64,000 nucleotides of DNA from the human T2T-CHM13v2.0 reference genome, Homo sapiens. The position numbers and the translations under genes were made by a program. Shown in pieces: positions 1 to 17,322 of the stretch. The stretch is taken from NCBI RefSeq assembly GCF_009914755.1, contig NC_060926.1. One strand, given 5' to 3'. The notes beneath the pieces are model-generated. The model was not told the origin of the DNA. It saw nothing but the letters and a program-made list of their open reading frames with translations, and ran no database searches. Each line of letters starts with the position of its first letter. Position 1 is the first letter of the stretch.

Positions 1-2031
1 TAATGGAACTTGGGGACCATCATCATTTATACGGGATAAGGAAAAGGAGAGAAACCAGCAAACCAGAATGAAGAGGAGGCATTAGAGAGGAAGCAGAAAG
101 ACCAAAGGAGAAGGATGAAACAAATTCATTCAGTGAGACACTTCCCAGATGAGAGAATTGTGAGGGTGTCGGGCTGCAGGGAGTCAAATAAGAGAAGGGC
201 TGCGTAGTGTCCCTTTAGTGTCCCTTGGAGTTGGTTATTGAAGTAGAAGCCTGCTTATACGGGATTAGAGATGAAGGGAAGAGAGGGGCGGACCATAGTT
301 GAGAAGCAATTAGGGAGGAGAGGTATTTGTATTTTGCCTTCAATTTTTGTTATGCTTTTTAGGAAATTGAGGAATACATTTGGGTACAGAATTTTGTAAA
401 GTCTTATCTAATTTTCAATTTTGTTGCACTGATTTGGTGTCTCAAGTTATTTTTCCATGAACTGGCCTGATTTTCACTTTTTACAGCATTTTATGAGTCT
501 ACTGTTTTATTTTACTTTGCCATGTAACTTAAACATAGTTTGTTCTTAAGATTATCCTAAACCATTTTTAAAGCTCAGTATCTAGAATAGTAATTATTAA
601 GTGGCCAACCAAGGTGGTGTGAAAGGAAATCACTAGCAATATTACATATTTCTTCTTCATTTTATTATTTATTCTTATCCTCTCAGGGCAGACTTTTTTT
701 AAAGTCACAAACCCAATAAGTCTTTCAGAGGCTAAACAGGTTCTCCCTGATGCCCAGCAGGTGCTTTAAGAAGGGTCTCATGTTACCTGGTAAATTATAC
801 AACCATTTTTAAATGCTGTGAAGTTTTGCAGTTAATTAAGTAGTATCATTTTATAATGGATTATACAGATTAATTTATTTTTTCAAATTGGCACAATTTG
901 GCATTGTGACAATAATGCACTTAGTGTTCTAAAACTGGTAATGCATCTCCTTAAACACTTATTTCCAAGGGCAGGGATAGCCATAGACATAGGTGGTGGC
1001 TTACAGGCTATGTTAATAAGGAGCCCCACGGTTCCTGCTTAACTAAAAATAGTACCCCCAGTGACTTGCTTGTTTTTCTCAACCTAAGCTAAAATTTTAC
1101 TATGAGTGTTCCTTGACAGATTAATAACACATCTAGTTCTAGTTGTTTCTGATAAGAGATTTTAAGCCTATATTTTAAATAACTTAACAAAAATCACATA
1201 GCTAGTGGTAGAACTGGGATTCAAACCTTGTCAATCTGGCTCTGTCTTATATTCTTAACAGTATAGGATGTTGTCTTTAGCTGTGTTCATTAACTAAAGA
1301 TAAAAGTGGGAGCATGTTCTCTGCTTCCTATCCCTTCAATATCTTTCTCTTCTCTCTGGTATTCTTTTCTAGTATCCTTCTTCATTTTCTCTTTCTTCTT
1401 TATACATTTGTAAAGTAGAGAAAGATAGCATATAAATATTCAGTAAAATTTTTATAGAAGAGTTTTCTGAACAAAAATGAAGCTAAAGTACAACAGTGCA
1501 ATCAGTATTTAGCCCTGAGGAAGTTAATACAGAGTAAAAGAGTTTTTTTTTTTAACTCAGAAATGAAAACCCAGTAAGATTGGCTTTATATAGCATACTC
1601 AGAATGAAGATAGAAACAGCAACTTCTTTATAGGAAAAGATGGTTAAAGACAAAAGGACAAACAGCCAGAGAAAAGTCACAATGTGAGGAAAGAAACTTT
1701 TAAAAGACAGAAAAAAGGTTGAGTATAGATTGAATGCTCTATGTCCTATGACAGTTAAATATCTGAAAGTATAACCATTCATGAAGATTTTATAAATGCC
1801 AATTTTTCCTTAGAGTTGCCAACAAAAAGAGGCAGACAGCACCAGTGTAGCATGCTTTACTATTTTATTTAAAGTTAATACTTAAGACATGATTATCAGG
1901 AAGTATATGGCTTTTTAGACCTTAAGATGAAAATCTGTTTTTTAATTTTTTTATACCTTTCAAAGTGTTATATATAGCCAGACCCGTGGAACTACATTGT
2001 TGACATTGCATATTCTGTAATTATTATATAG

Positions 2032-2235
<204 letters not shown>

Positions 2236-2418
2236 TAAAATAAAAAAAAAGAAATACAATGTCATTTATTAAACATTATGCATGATAGAAAGACATATGA
2301 TGTCTCTCTTATTCTTCCTGGCAATTCTGGACTGCATTATCATCCCCATTTATAGTGAGGAAACAAATGTTCAATGTTTCTCTTAGGCCACATAGCCAGG
2401 AAATTAGAGAGTTAGTAG

Positions 2419-2729
2419 TTTTTTTTGTTTTTGTTTTTGTTCTTTTGAGATGGAGTTTCGCTCTCCAGGCTGGATTGCAATGGCGTGTCCCGTGATCTTG
2501 GCTCACTGCAACCTCCATCTCCTGGGTTTGAGCAATTCGCCTGCCTCAGCCTCACAAGTAGCTGGTATTACAGGCACCCGCCACTATGCCCAGCTAATTT
2601 TTTTTGTAGTTTTAGTAGAGATGGGGTTTCACCATTTGGCCAGGCTGGTCTCGAACTCCTGTCCTCAAGTGATCCGCCCACCTCGGCCTCCCAAAGTGCT
2701 GTGATTACAAGCCAGAGCCACCATGCCAG
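2419..2729 (-). mobile_element. Alu
   Basis: T-rich tail followed by the antisense Alu dimer. Confidence 0.95.
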
Positions 2730-2842
2730 AGTTTTGATTTGAACCCTAAGCCTTCAGAACTTCCATGACATTGTGATGTTTAATTATTAAGCCAGTTTTA
2801 TTGCATGTTTGTACTTGTTTTGAATGCTTGTGCTTCATTTAG

Positions 2843-3194
<352 letters not shown>

Positions 3195-3315
3195 TGATAA
3201 TGCTTTTCCTAATAAGCAGTTGCATCTACTCAATTTCTCAGTTGAATTTGCTGGGTTTTATTGTACTTTTTAATTACATATTATTTTTTCTTTTATTTAT
3301 TACATGTATTTCTAG

Positions 3316-3474
<159 letters not shown>

Positions 3475-3615
3475 TAATTTTTTCTTATGCTATTTATAAA
3501 CATATATTACTGTTTTCATATAAAAAGATTTGTTTATATTTATCTTTTTTATTATTTAAAATCTTGTCTATTATTTTCATAATTTCCCCTAACATTTGTT
3601 AATTTGTATTTTTAG

Positions 3616-4506
<891 letters not shown>

Positions 4507-6932
4507 TAAGTTTCCAGAGCTTGCATGTGACTTGAATGTTCAGCTATTTCCATTCTATATGACTCACTGTTTAAAAAGAATTTTTTTCACTTCTTATTTA
4601 TGGAAAAGCAGATCAGAAAATACCTTTGGCTTGGATAGAGTACCTTTTTTGGTAACACTTTTTTTTTCTGCTAATTTAGGTTTTTTGTTGGGGCGGGGGC
4701 TTGTATTATTTTGTTTTTTTTTTGTTTAAGCCTTAACTGCTTTCTGATATTATTAAATTTTTTGCTAAAGGTTTTCCATTCATCTTCTCAATTTCAAACC
4801 ACCATTTATCTTCTATTTTTTTTTTGTTTTATGTTTAATAACTTTTCTGTTGTAGAACTTTTTAAAAAAGCTTTTGCATTGGAACAGTTGTAACTGGTGT
4901 TTTTAATATCTTAACTATTCCCTTTCTTAAATTGGTCTCCAAAATATGTAATACAACACAAAAAAATTTGTATTATTGGCGATTCAATTTAGTGTTGTTC
5001 ATTTATACTGTTTCTATTCAGTATAACTTAAGGCTTGCTTCTAAGATGTATTATTTATTATAACTTATAAACTATAGTGGGTATTTTTATTACATAAATA
5101 GGTGATTTGATCTGTCTTTGATTAAAATAGTATTTGCCATATTTAAATTAGATTTTCTGAATAAATGTTCCAAAATAATATGATGAATGTTTTTAATTGA
5201 CTTAGGACACTTAATATAAACACAAAATATTATGTTCTGGTGATCTAATCCAGCAGAAAATGAGAGTGAAATTATACCTCCAATCATATACAGGTATCTG
5301 AGTATCTCAATATTATGTCAAATGTGTGGAAAAAATTTTAAACGTAATCCATCATCTGGAGTTTATATTTGGTGATAAACTACCTAGATACTTGACCAAT
5401 TTTTTTTTTCATTCTTTCCTTAGCTTATTCAGTCTTATAAAAACAATATCAATTTAAAATGATAAAGACCACTATTAACACCAAAATGAAAAGCCTCCAT
5501 AAAGCTTTTCTCTTCAGCCTTTTTTGTCATCTTTTTTTTTTTTTAAGTGGGAATGGTTATTATATTTTGTTCTTTTGGAAATATCCACAAAAGTAGACAT
5601 TTTGAAGTATAAAGCCATTACCCCATTTCACCACCAATCATCTCATAGTCAGCCCTATTAGTCCTGTTTCATCCATACTTCCATTCACTTTCTTTCCCTT
5701 TGTTTATTATTCTGAAGCAAATCATAGGCATATCATCTATTTCAGTATGTATCTCTAAGAGATAAAGATATTCATATTTTAAACATAACCATAATTGTCA
5801 TAACTTTTTTAAAGGTATAGATTCCTTAATATATCAAATACTCAGTGTTCAAATTTATAATTGTTTCATAAATGTCAGATTTTTAAAGATTTGTTTTGAA
5901 TTATGATGCAAATAAGGTTCACACAATTGTGATTGTCTTTAGTTTTACCTAAATGACACAACTATGCAGTTTAAAGGTGAGGGGACTTAACTTTTAAATA
6001 CAGTAAGCCCACAAAAGTTGAATTGCATTGCCCAGGGAAATGAATTGAGAATTGTCTGAGAATAGGAAAAAACCATAGATGTTTCAAGTTCTCATGGAAA
6101 TAGGGACAGTGTACAAGCTTATGATGGAAACTTATCTTGCTGACTGTTCCTTTGCAGCCTCACAACAGCAGGTATCATTCCAGTTGCTTTTTGGGGAATG
6201 TCTGCATTGTTTCTCCTTGTGGGTCCCAAGGTGTCAGGTTACTAGGATTATGATTAATAGGCCTCATCTAAAAATCCATTTACCATCAATTACCGGAATA
6301 TTCCAGGTAATATTCTGGAATCAAGCTTACTTTCTCTCACATTGCCATAAAGTAGACAAAAGAGGCTTTGATGGTCAAGACCTCTGAAGCTTCACCTGGA
6401 TTCTAATCACAGTTCTTTGTTAGCTTTGTATTTAAAAGTGTGGACAGTCTCTCATGGATTGTTGTGAGGATTAAATAAGATATTGTGTGTTATGATACAA
6501 GATCAATTACTAACACATAGTAAATGATTGCTCACAATGTCAATATGATCAGTTTTTAATCTATGAAAGGGAATTTTTCTGTTGAGAAGAACATTTCTCA
6601 TTTGTTGAGTCAAGATTAAATTGAATTTGGAGGCCAGAAATAGAAACCTATGAAGAAAATATAGGTATCTTGGGATCAGAGTTCTAATTGTATGTCACAG
6701 AGTGCTGTGTTAGAACCTTTCAGAGCCAGGGTTCCTGGGACCATGATCAGCTGAGTCTAGTTGCATCATGATTAGTGAGAAGGTAGAGCAAAAATGATAC
6801 AACACCCAAGAATCGTACTAGCTACCATTTCTCTTCCTGTCTTTATCTTGGAGTTCTGTCCATGATCCTAAATTCTCTAAGGTATATTAAGAGATATGAG
6901 AGTAGACGCCTCTTCTATAGACCTTCAGTCCA

Positions 6933-7017
6933 TCCTTTTCTTCCTTCTTCTTTTTTTCTTCCTTTTTTCCTTTTCCTTTCTTCTTCTCTCGATTCCTCCT
7001 TTCCCTTCCCTTCTTTC
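6933..7017. repeat. CT-rich polypyrimidine low-complexity tract
   Basis: ~85 nt almost entirely C/T. Confidence 0.85.
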
Positions 7018-8589
7018 AACTAGGAAATATTAAGGGTTTTCTGCATATAAGGCCTGAGGTACTCTAGCTAGTCACAGATAAAACATACTTTCCCAACTCA
7101 TGAATGGTGTAGGCTAGTAAGGAAGATTCAGTTAAACAAGAATGTGATGAGCTTTAAGATACAAGTTTTAAATATAAGGAATTAGGGGAAAACTTGGCAG
7201 TTGGACTTAATATTATCTGTGGGACAGGTAATGCTTCCCTGCATAGAAATTAGCCAGAAGGATTTTAGGGAATTGTGTAGGTTGGAGGAACAGTATATGA
7301 GAAGGCCCAGAAGCTAGAAGGAACATGGTGTTATTAAGGAAATAAGATTCTATGACAGGAACAGAATATGAGGGAGTATGTGTAAAGAAAGTTGGGGGAA
7401 GGTGAGGGATGGATAATGGAAGGTTCTCAAAGCTATAACAAAGAGTTTGAATAAGGAGTAGGATCAGGATTGTTCAGTTTTCTGATGAGAGCTTGGGACA
7501 GATTTTGGAGTCAGGGAGTTACTGACATTGTTTTAGTTCTTCCTTTCTGGAGTTTGTTTGTTGTTTTTTGTTTTTTTCCTTCCTCGCCTTTCTTCTAGTG
7601 GATTAAAATCCAGATTTGGGCCATGTGCCCTACCACTGGGGTCTCACTCAGTTGACGTTAGCTTGAACTTTTCATTTGCAGTAGTTATGAATATATTGCT
7701 ATTTAAACTAAAAAAAAATTGCAACTAGGGTATTATGAAAATGATAAACTTTATAACTAAATGCAATGTTTAGTCGCAAGAACATTATTTGACTTGACTT
7801 CTGGTCAAATCAGGATTAATATTTTCCATTCAAGTTACTAAATCCCTTCTTGACATTAAGTACAACAGTAGCAGCTGCTTTTACTTAACATTTACTTAAT
7901 ATTCCTTTGGACATAACTTTTTATATTTCCCAAAGATGAGTACCATATGTGAAAATTTGCACATTATAATTAATTACAAATGGGGACCTTTGTTTTGAAC
8001 TCATTTTACCACTGCACAGGAAAAATCTTTAATTTGAATGTCTAAGAGCTAAAAATACTATTTCTAGGACCTGTTGAAAGTAAACTATTGAAAATCATGT
8101 GTTTTGTATAGCTAATCCAGAACCTCAGATTCTAAGTAGAAAATAACTTTAAAATTGTGAATATAGCAAGGTAAGTAACCAAAGGAGCCATTTTTTTAAT
8201 GTAGTTTACAGTGAAATAAGGTCTTTTTTTAACACTCTTATTCAGGTAACATTTCTTCATTCAGCAGACAGGTACTGAGCACAAACTACATGCCATGCTG
8301 TGATCTCCTGTCTTTTAAATCTCACTTTTAACAGCACTGTTCTCTCAATAATATTTTTATTTCTTCACATTCCATATTTTTCCTTGAGATTATTATATGC
8401 AGATAATGAAATTCAGTTAGTGTTTGAAGAGTATGAGACTAGAAATAACCTTAATTCTCTAGTCCCAAGTTTAAAACTTTCTTAAAAAGTAATCTTTTAG
8501 CAAAGTTACTTAATTTCCAACCATTACTCGCCCCTTTGTTGTGAGATTTGTGTTTCTTGGTAGAAAATAATGAGAGCAAAACATTTATC

Positions 8590-8810
8590 ACCACTTACTC
8601 TGTGCTAAGTAATATTCTAAGTACTTGGCACACTTTAACTCATTTTATTTCTCACAACAAAACTGAAGTAGATGTGTATTATCCATAAGTTACAGTTGAG
8701 CATGAGACACAGAAAGATTAAATAATTTTCATAGGTTTACAGAACTACTAAATGGCAGAACCAAGCCAGGCTGTCTTCAGAGTCTGTGTTATTAATCACC
8801 ACACTTTGCT
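8590..8810. mobile_element. MIR fragment
   Basis: Degenerate MIR core (ttaactcatttt...ttacagttgagcatgagacacagaaagattaaataa); boundaries approximate. Confidence 0.65.
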
Positions 8811-10175
8811 GAACAAATTACAGTAGTTTCCAATTCTGGGTATGTACTGGAATCACCTATGGAGCTCTGTGACAGCAGCTGCCCAATCTCAACCTAGGCC
8901 TAGAGAATTAGAAGCTCTGAGGATGGGATCCAGGTATCACTTTTTAAGAAAAGGGGTGACATAACCGCTGTGCTAGGTCTTTGGCCCTGGAAGTTTCATT
9001 TTTCTCATATTGTTGACAAAAAGATCTCTTAACTTTCTACCCAGTGTAATTTTTTTTTATTCTTGAGTTCTTAGAATCTATCCAGTATAATTTTTCGAAC
9101 ATCCATTATCTTCTACCTTTGAAATTGAGTTAAATTAGATGGTTTGGGTGTGTTTAATTTATCCAAATTTGTCTTTTCATTGATGACTAAAATGAGAATT
9201 AAAAAAACTAACAATTAGCTAATCACATACTTTCTGTTTTGTGATTATTGTAGTGACTATAATTTCACTAGCAGTTACCAAATGAAGTATTATATACAAA
9301 AAATTTTCCTTAATGTTGTTCAGGAAATTGTTTATTCCATGTTGATGTTAAAGCAGATATATAAGGAATGCTTCAGATCTGGAATTGATCCATTTCTTTA
9401 TTCATCCTCTCTTTTTCTGATTGTTTGTGGCCCCACACTTTCTTAAATGGTTTTTTTAACTGGGTAAAATTTACCTAATGTGAATTGCAGAGATGTTAAT
9501 GGTGTAATTTGATGCATTTTCATACATGTGTACACACACATAAACATCACCCCAAACAAAATAGAGAACATCTCCATCATCCCAGAATGGTTCCTCATGC
9601 CACCTCTCAGCCAGTCTCCACAGGCAGCCACTCTTTTGAGTTTTGTTACACTAGTTTGGTTTTGCCAGTACTTGAACTTCACATGTGTATAAAATCATGT
9701 GATGTATACTCTTTCATATCTGGCTTCTTAGGCTCAACAAAGATATTTTTGTGACTCATCCATGTTGTTGAATCTATGTGTAGTAGTTTTTTTTTTTAAA
9801 TCAAAGAATAATATTCAGTTGTATAAATATACCAAAATTTGTTTAATCAGTCTCCAGTTGATGGACATTTGGGTTGTTTCCAGTTTGGGGCTATTATGAG
9901 TAAAATTGTGTTGTTTACTTTCCAAATATTTGGGGCTTTTCCGGATATTTTATTTCTAATTTAAGTGTTTCATGGATAGAGAAAATGCTAAGTTAGATTT
10001 CAATCTTTTGAAAAGTAATGAGAATTAAAGCCCAGTATATGTTCTGTCTTGACAAATGTTCCATGTTCACTTAAAAAGAATCAGGATTCTGCAGTTGCTA
10101 GATGGTAGTGTTCCAAAATGTCAGTTAAGTCTTAAGTAGGTGATAATATTGCTAAAATCTTCTATATCTTTGAGG

Positions 10176-10177
<2 letters not shown>

Positions 10178-10216
<39 letters not shown>
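10178..10216. repeat. Poly(T)39 mononucleotide run
   Basis: Direct count. Confidence 0.95.
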
Positions 10217-10217
<1 letters not shown>

Positions 10218-10765
10218 AGGAGGAGGATCTCTAGTTCTGTCAGTTACTGAGGGAGGAGTATATACTGTTGCAACTCTGGCTTCTTATGCTTACTATTTGC
10301 ATGGTATATCTTTTTTTCAGTCTTTTAGACTATCCTCGTCTTTACATTTAAAGTGTAGACAAAGTTCGTTGTTACTTTTTAAATTCAGTTTGATAATCTT
10401 TGCCTTTGAATTGCAATATTTAGTCCATGTAATATAATAATTGATATGGTTGGGTTTAGGTCTGCCATTTTCCTGTTTTCTGTTTGTCCTAGCTCTATTT
10501 TGTTCTTTTGTTCCTCCTTTTTGGGGGGAGAGGAGCCCTTTAGGGTTAAAAGAATATATTTCAGTATCTAATTTTAATTTCTTTATTGAGTTTCCATTAG
10601 TTTTTGCTTTGGTGATTACATTATGCATCCTTATAATCTACTTGGAGTTAATGTAAAAACCCTGTAAGTATAATTTCACTTGTATTTGGTGTCACTTTCC
10701 TTAATTGTGCACATATACTGGCAACTAATTCTCATCTTAATCTGAAAACATCTATTTCATCTTCA

Positions 10766-11139
<374 letters not shown>

Positions 11140-12561
11140 GATTTCACTGTCATCTGGCTCTGCATTGCTCTTTACAATATCCATTATTTTTGCGGTTTCC
11201 TATTTGTACTGTTTTTTTCCTCTTTATTTTCAGGATTTTATCTTAATCTTTGGTTTTCAGCCTATTATACCTACCTGTAAATTTATCTAATATACCTACC
11301 TGTATATTAGATATAAATATATCTAATATACCTACCTGTAAATTTCTTTGCATTTATTCTCTTTGGAGGTTTGCTGACCTTCTTGCATCTGTAAGTTGTA
11401 TTTCTCCAAATTTGCTGATTATCAACCCTAATTTCTTCACATTTTATTTTCTTTCCCAGTTTTCCATTGTTTATCTGGGACTCCAATGACATATATATTA
11501 GATTGTTTGTTTTGCCTTAGGTCACTGCAATGCTTTTCCAGTTGTCTTCACTTTTCTGTAAAAACAACACATTTTATCATTTCTATTGATCTGTCTTGAA
11601 CTTTACTGACCCTTTCTTTTGCCATCTTTTATCTGCTGTTAAGCCTACCCGGTGAATATTTAATTTCTGATATTGTATTTTTTAGGTCTAGAACTTCCAC
11701 TGTATTTTTTTTATAATTTCCACTAATCTGTTGAGATTCCCCCTTCTATTTTCTCATTATGATAATCTTTTAAGACCTTAAACATTTATTAAACCTGTTT
11801 TTAAGTGGTTTTTTGGTAATCTTGACATCTGGGTCATCTTGAGGTTGGCTTCTACTGACCACTTTTTCTTTTGACCATGACTCTCATTTTCCTGTTTTGT
11901 TAGAGTGATAACTTTTGATTGTATAGCAGGCATTGTGGGTGATATGTTTAAAACTCTGGATTCTGTTATCTTCTTCTGAAAAGTGCTGATTTTTGTTCTA
12001 CCAGGTATTTAAATTACTGACAGATCACCTTGAGCTTGTAGAGGTTTTGTTTTATATTTTGTTAGGGAGAAGCTGTTTCAATTTTGTTCTTGGACCCAGG
12101 GCAACTTCCTTAGTTTAGGACGTAGGTTTTTTATCCTAAGATGTGGCCCTCTTCCAGTTTTAACTGAAAGCCCAAAGTGTTCACCCGGCCATGAAACTGT
12201 GGAATTCAGATTCCAAACTTTGTTTCCCTGCAATGGGCAGCAGCTGAAATCTCTGTTCAGCTCATTTAGCCTTCTAATGGTTGTTTTTCTTTGGGTTCCC
12301 ACACATGGAATTTTCTGGGATTTTCTTTCTCAATTTTCAGTTGTTCTGGAAGCAGACAGCTCTGTGTCCTGGTGACTCAGGCTAATAAGAGTGCAACTTT
12401 CTGACTGAGTTCTGGCCACCCTGCTCCCCATTAATACTGAGGACTGCCCTCTGGTTAAAAGTCCTATAAATGTGGGTCTCTATTTTTTTCACCCCTCAAG
12501 GAGTGAATCCATTCTAATTTCTTCCTGCTTTTGGCTGTTCTTCAGTGCCTACTTTAAATAA

Positions 12562-12933
<372 letters not shown>

Positions 12934-13096
12934 AATAATTGATTTTTATATTTTGTTCAGTGTTTGTCATAGTTATATGCAGGAGAGTTAGTCTAATACA
13001 TGTTCCTTTGTCATTACTATATCTGGAACACCAGTACTTTATTTTTATAAAATTTACTTCAGATGGTTAATATATTTCTGATTATGATCTCATTAG

Positions 13097-13660
<564 letters not shown>

Positions 13661-13730
13661 TAGATTAAAATCGAAGGTAGAAGGTTGGGAATGTTTCCTA
13701 GTAAGGATTAGTGGTATTTATTTATTTTAA

Positions 13731-14127
<397 letters not shown>

Positions 14128-17112
14128 TTAGAAATAGTATCAGAATACTCTAGATAGTTCACTTCTACATTTAATAAGTATGAAGCTCATTTCTCTGGTA
14201 CATTAGTGACTTCTCTAGGGTAATTTTGAAGTTAGATTGCCATGTCTTTATTCCATTATGTACTCATTGTTTTGACATTTTCAAACACATAATAAAATAG
14301 AAGTATACGATGCATACCTTTATCAGTAATTATCCAAGACTTTGCCACATTTGCTTTACCTTTCTATACAGTATATACACGTACATTTTCTTTCCTTCGC
14401 AAAATTAGTTTAGAACAATTCCCCCTCCTATATCTTTCAATATCTCTCTCTCAAAAAATGGCTGTTTTCTCAACTAAACACAATACCTTTTTCATACCTT
14501 AAATAATAATAATTCCTTGGAATTTTTCCTCATTATCTCAAAATACCTTTTTTTCCAGTTTTTTAAAAAATTTATATTTAATTTGTATCTAAACAAGATC
14601 CACATACTACATTTGGTTATCTTGTTTATATATCTTAAAAATCACTCTATTATTGTAGATTCTGAGTCATTTGTTCAGTGGAATGTTCTGTTGTCTGTAT
14701 TTGCTTTCTTATGTTGTTCAACTTCTCTCCCCTATGTTTAATTGGGGGTTAATTAAACATGGAGGGCTGAATAGATTTAGATTCTATTTTCTGATGAATC
14801 TACTTAATAGGTTGGCTATATGCTTCATATTTCATCACATCAAAAGGCACTATCACTAGGTTCAGGTAATGACAGCCTGTCTTTCACTGGAAAGTTTCCC
14901 ATCAACCTTTCCATGCAATGGTGCCAATCATTGATGATTTTTGCCTGAAATAATTTTATTATTGGTTGTAATATAGGGTATTTCCTTTTCTTATTCTATA
15001 TGAGCAAATTGCTTTCTGTAAAAATAAATAACCTTGGATGACAAAGCCTGGGGAAACAAAAATAAAAAAGATTAAAAAATAAATAATGACTAACCTATTA
15101 ACATTTCCCTTTTTTAACTTAATATTTCTTTTTCAGTCAGACACAGGTAGAAGAGAATCATGACAAAAATAATAAAAACCTGAAGTTTAAAAAGATAATT
15201 TGTTCCCTAGGACACATCGTTAGATAATTCTGTTTCAGAACTTCCAAGAATAAAGCAGAAATCATTTATAAAATGTGTTAAAACTCTTGTTAAAGACACT
15301 GCCATCATTGGAGGAGAAAAAAACAGGGACAGAACACAGAAAAACATCTGTTAAGTCTGTCTTTTTAAATAAGGAAACAGCAACCACATTAACCAAAATC
15401 CAGTATGTTTCATAGTATTCTCTTGAGATTGGCTTAGGAAACTGTCAGAGGAACAATTAGAAAATAGTGTCTTAGGCTACATTCAAACAGTTTAAACATC
15501 TGATGGTGCTTTTCTCTTTCTTACCTAAAAGAGCTAGGGTACATCTGAATTTTTAGACTTGACTGCTTTTCTGAATGGCATTTTGTAAACTTCATTTAAA
15601 TTTCAAAAATCTTTTTGAGCTTTTTCAAATGATAGGTTTTTAAAAATATTTTTCTATGTGATGTTCTGTTCTTCAAAAAACAAATACATTAAAAACTATT
15701 ATTGTGGGACCATATTGGCCTGAAAAAAAAATCTTTCTTAATTGAGCATAAACAGGAATAAAGATTAATTCAAAATAGTTTTTCCTCCTTCTTTTGGAAT
15801 GTGGCATCCCCATCACAGTTAATGATGTAAGTTTTTCAAAACTGAGTCAGGGACTAGTTTATCCCACAATGCGACAATGTGGGCAGGGTAATTGTAGGTT
15901 GGGCTCAGTTTTCTTGCCAGAGTTCTAATGCTGTTTGTGTAACTTACCTCTAAGTGGAATAATTTAGGTACCTATAAAGTAAGGGCTCAATAACAATAAC
16001 CTTAATGATGGCTAATATTTATTGAACATTTACTGTATGATAGGAATTTGGCAAAGTTTTTTCATGATCTTCACATCAACTTTATGAGGTAGATAATATC
16101 CACATTTTATAGCTGAGGAAACTGAAATGTAATGGTTAAATAACTTAACTAGGCTCACACGGACAGTAAATAAGCTGTATGTCCAAGATTACAATCTAGA
16201 CAGTTTAACTGTGGAGCCTGCACCATTAATTGCTATACAGTATCATAATCATCACCACCACCACCATCCCTACTGTCTCTCAGATCGATTTTTAGGATAT
16301 TGGTTAGATGAAACAGAGTACATGTGATATATAGCCAAAGCTCTCTTCTCTATAATATTAGCTCTCACAGCCATTGGGGTCTTCAACCATTCAGAGCTGA
16401 TAAGCAAAGATATCAGCGTACTGGAACACAGAACAGTGCCTTGCATACATACCTAGGACAATATCTGCCACAAGGTAGGCACTCAAATATTCATTGAAGG
16501 AGTGGCAAGATGGTAACTATTCACATCAACCCCGACAGACACCTTTTTGCAATGACTATAACGCGTCCTGACCAAGCCTAAAACCAATATGTGTGGTTGA
16601 TTTGTACCCTAGGTGATCTTTGGCTTCCTCAAGTTTTTGCACCACTCAGAATCATTTCATATACCACCTTTGGCAAACATGCCAGACCTGCAGTAGACTG
16701 AAGGAAGCTCTCCCAAGCTCTAAATTGATTAATTTATTAGTTCCTAGAAGAAAGAGATTACATGTTTATCTTTTTGTTACAGAAGAAACTTTGAATAGCA
16801 GTTGAAAATTTGGCAGGGTGGACCACCTAACTTGACAGTGTATTATTGTGTCTGTTTTGAAGGAATAAAATGGAATTATTTATAAAGTTTTCATTTGTAT
16901 TAGAGAGAGCCATTTTTAAAATTTCACATTCAATTTGTAACATTCTAGAAGACAGATTATCTTCTTTCTGTATACTGTGTGCAGTAGGTATTTAATAAAA
17001 TATTAACAGAAATGTAAAACAGTGATTTCTCATAGGGCTACTTATACCTTTGTATTTTGGTTAATGATGATAACACTTGTCAAAGGGCCCTAGGATTAAC
17101 TTTTTCCCGTAA

Positions 17113-17322
<210 letters not shown>

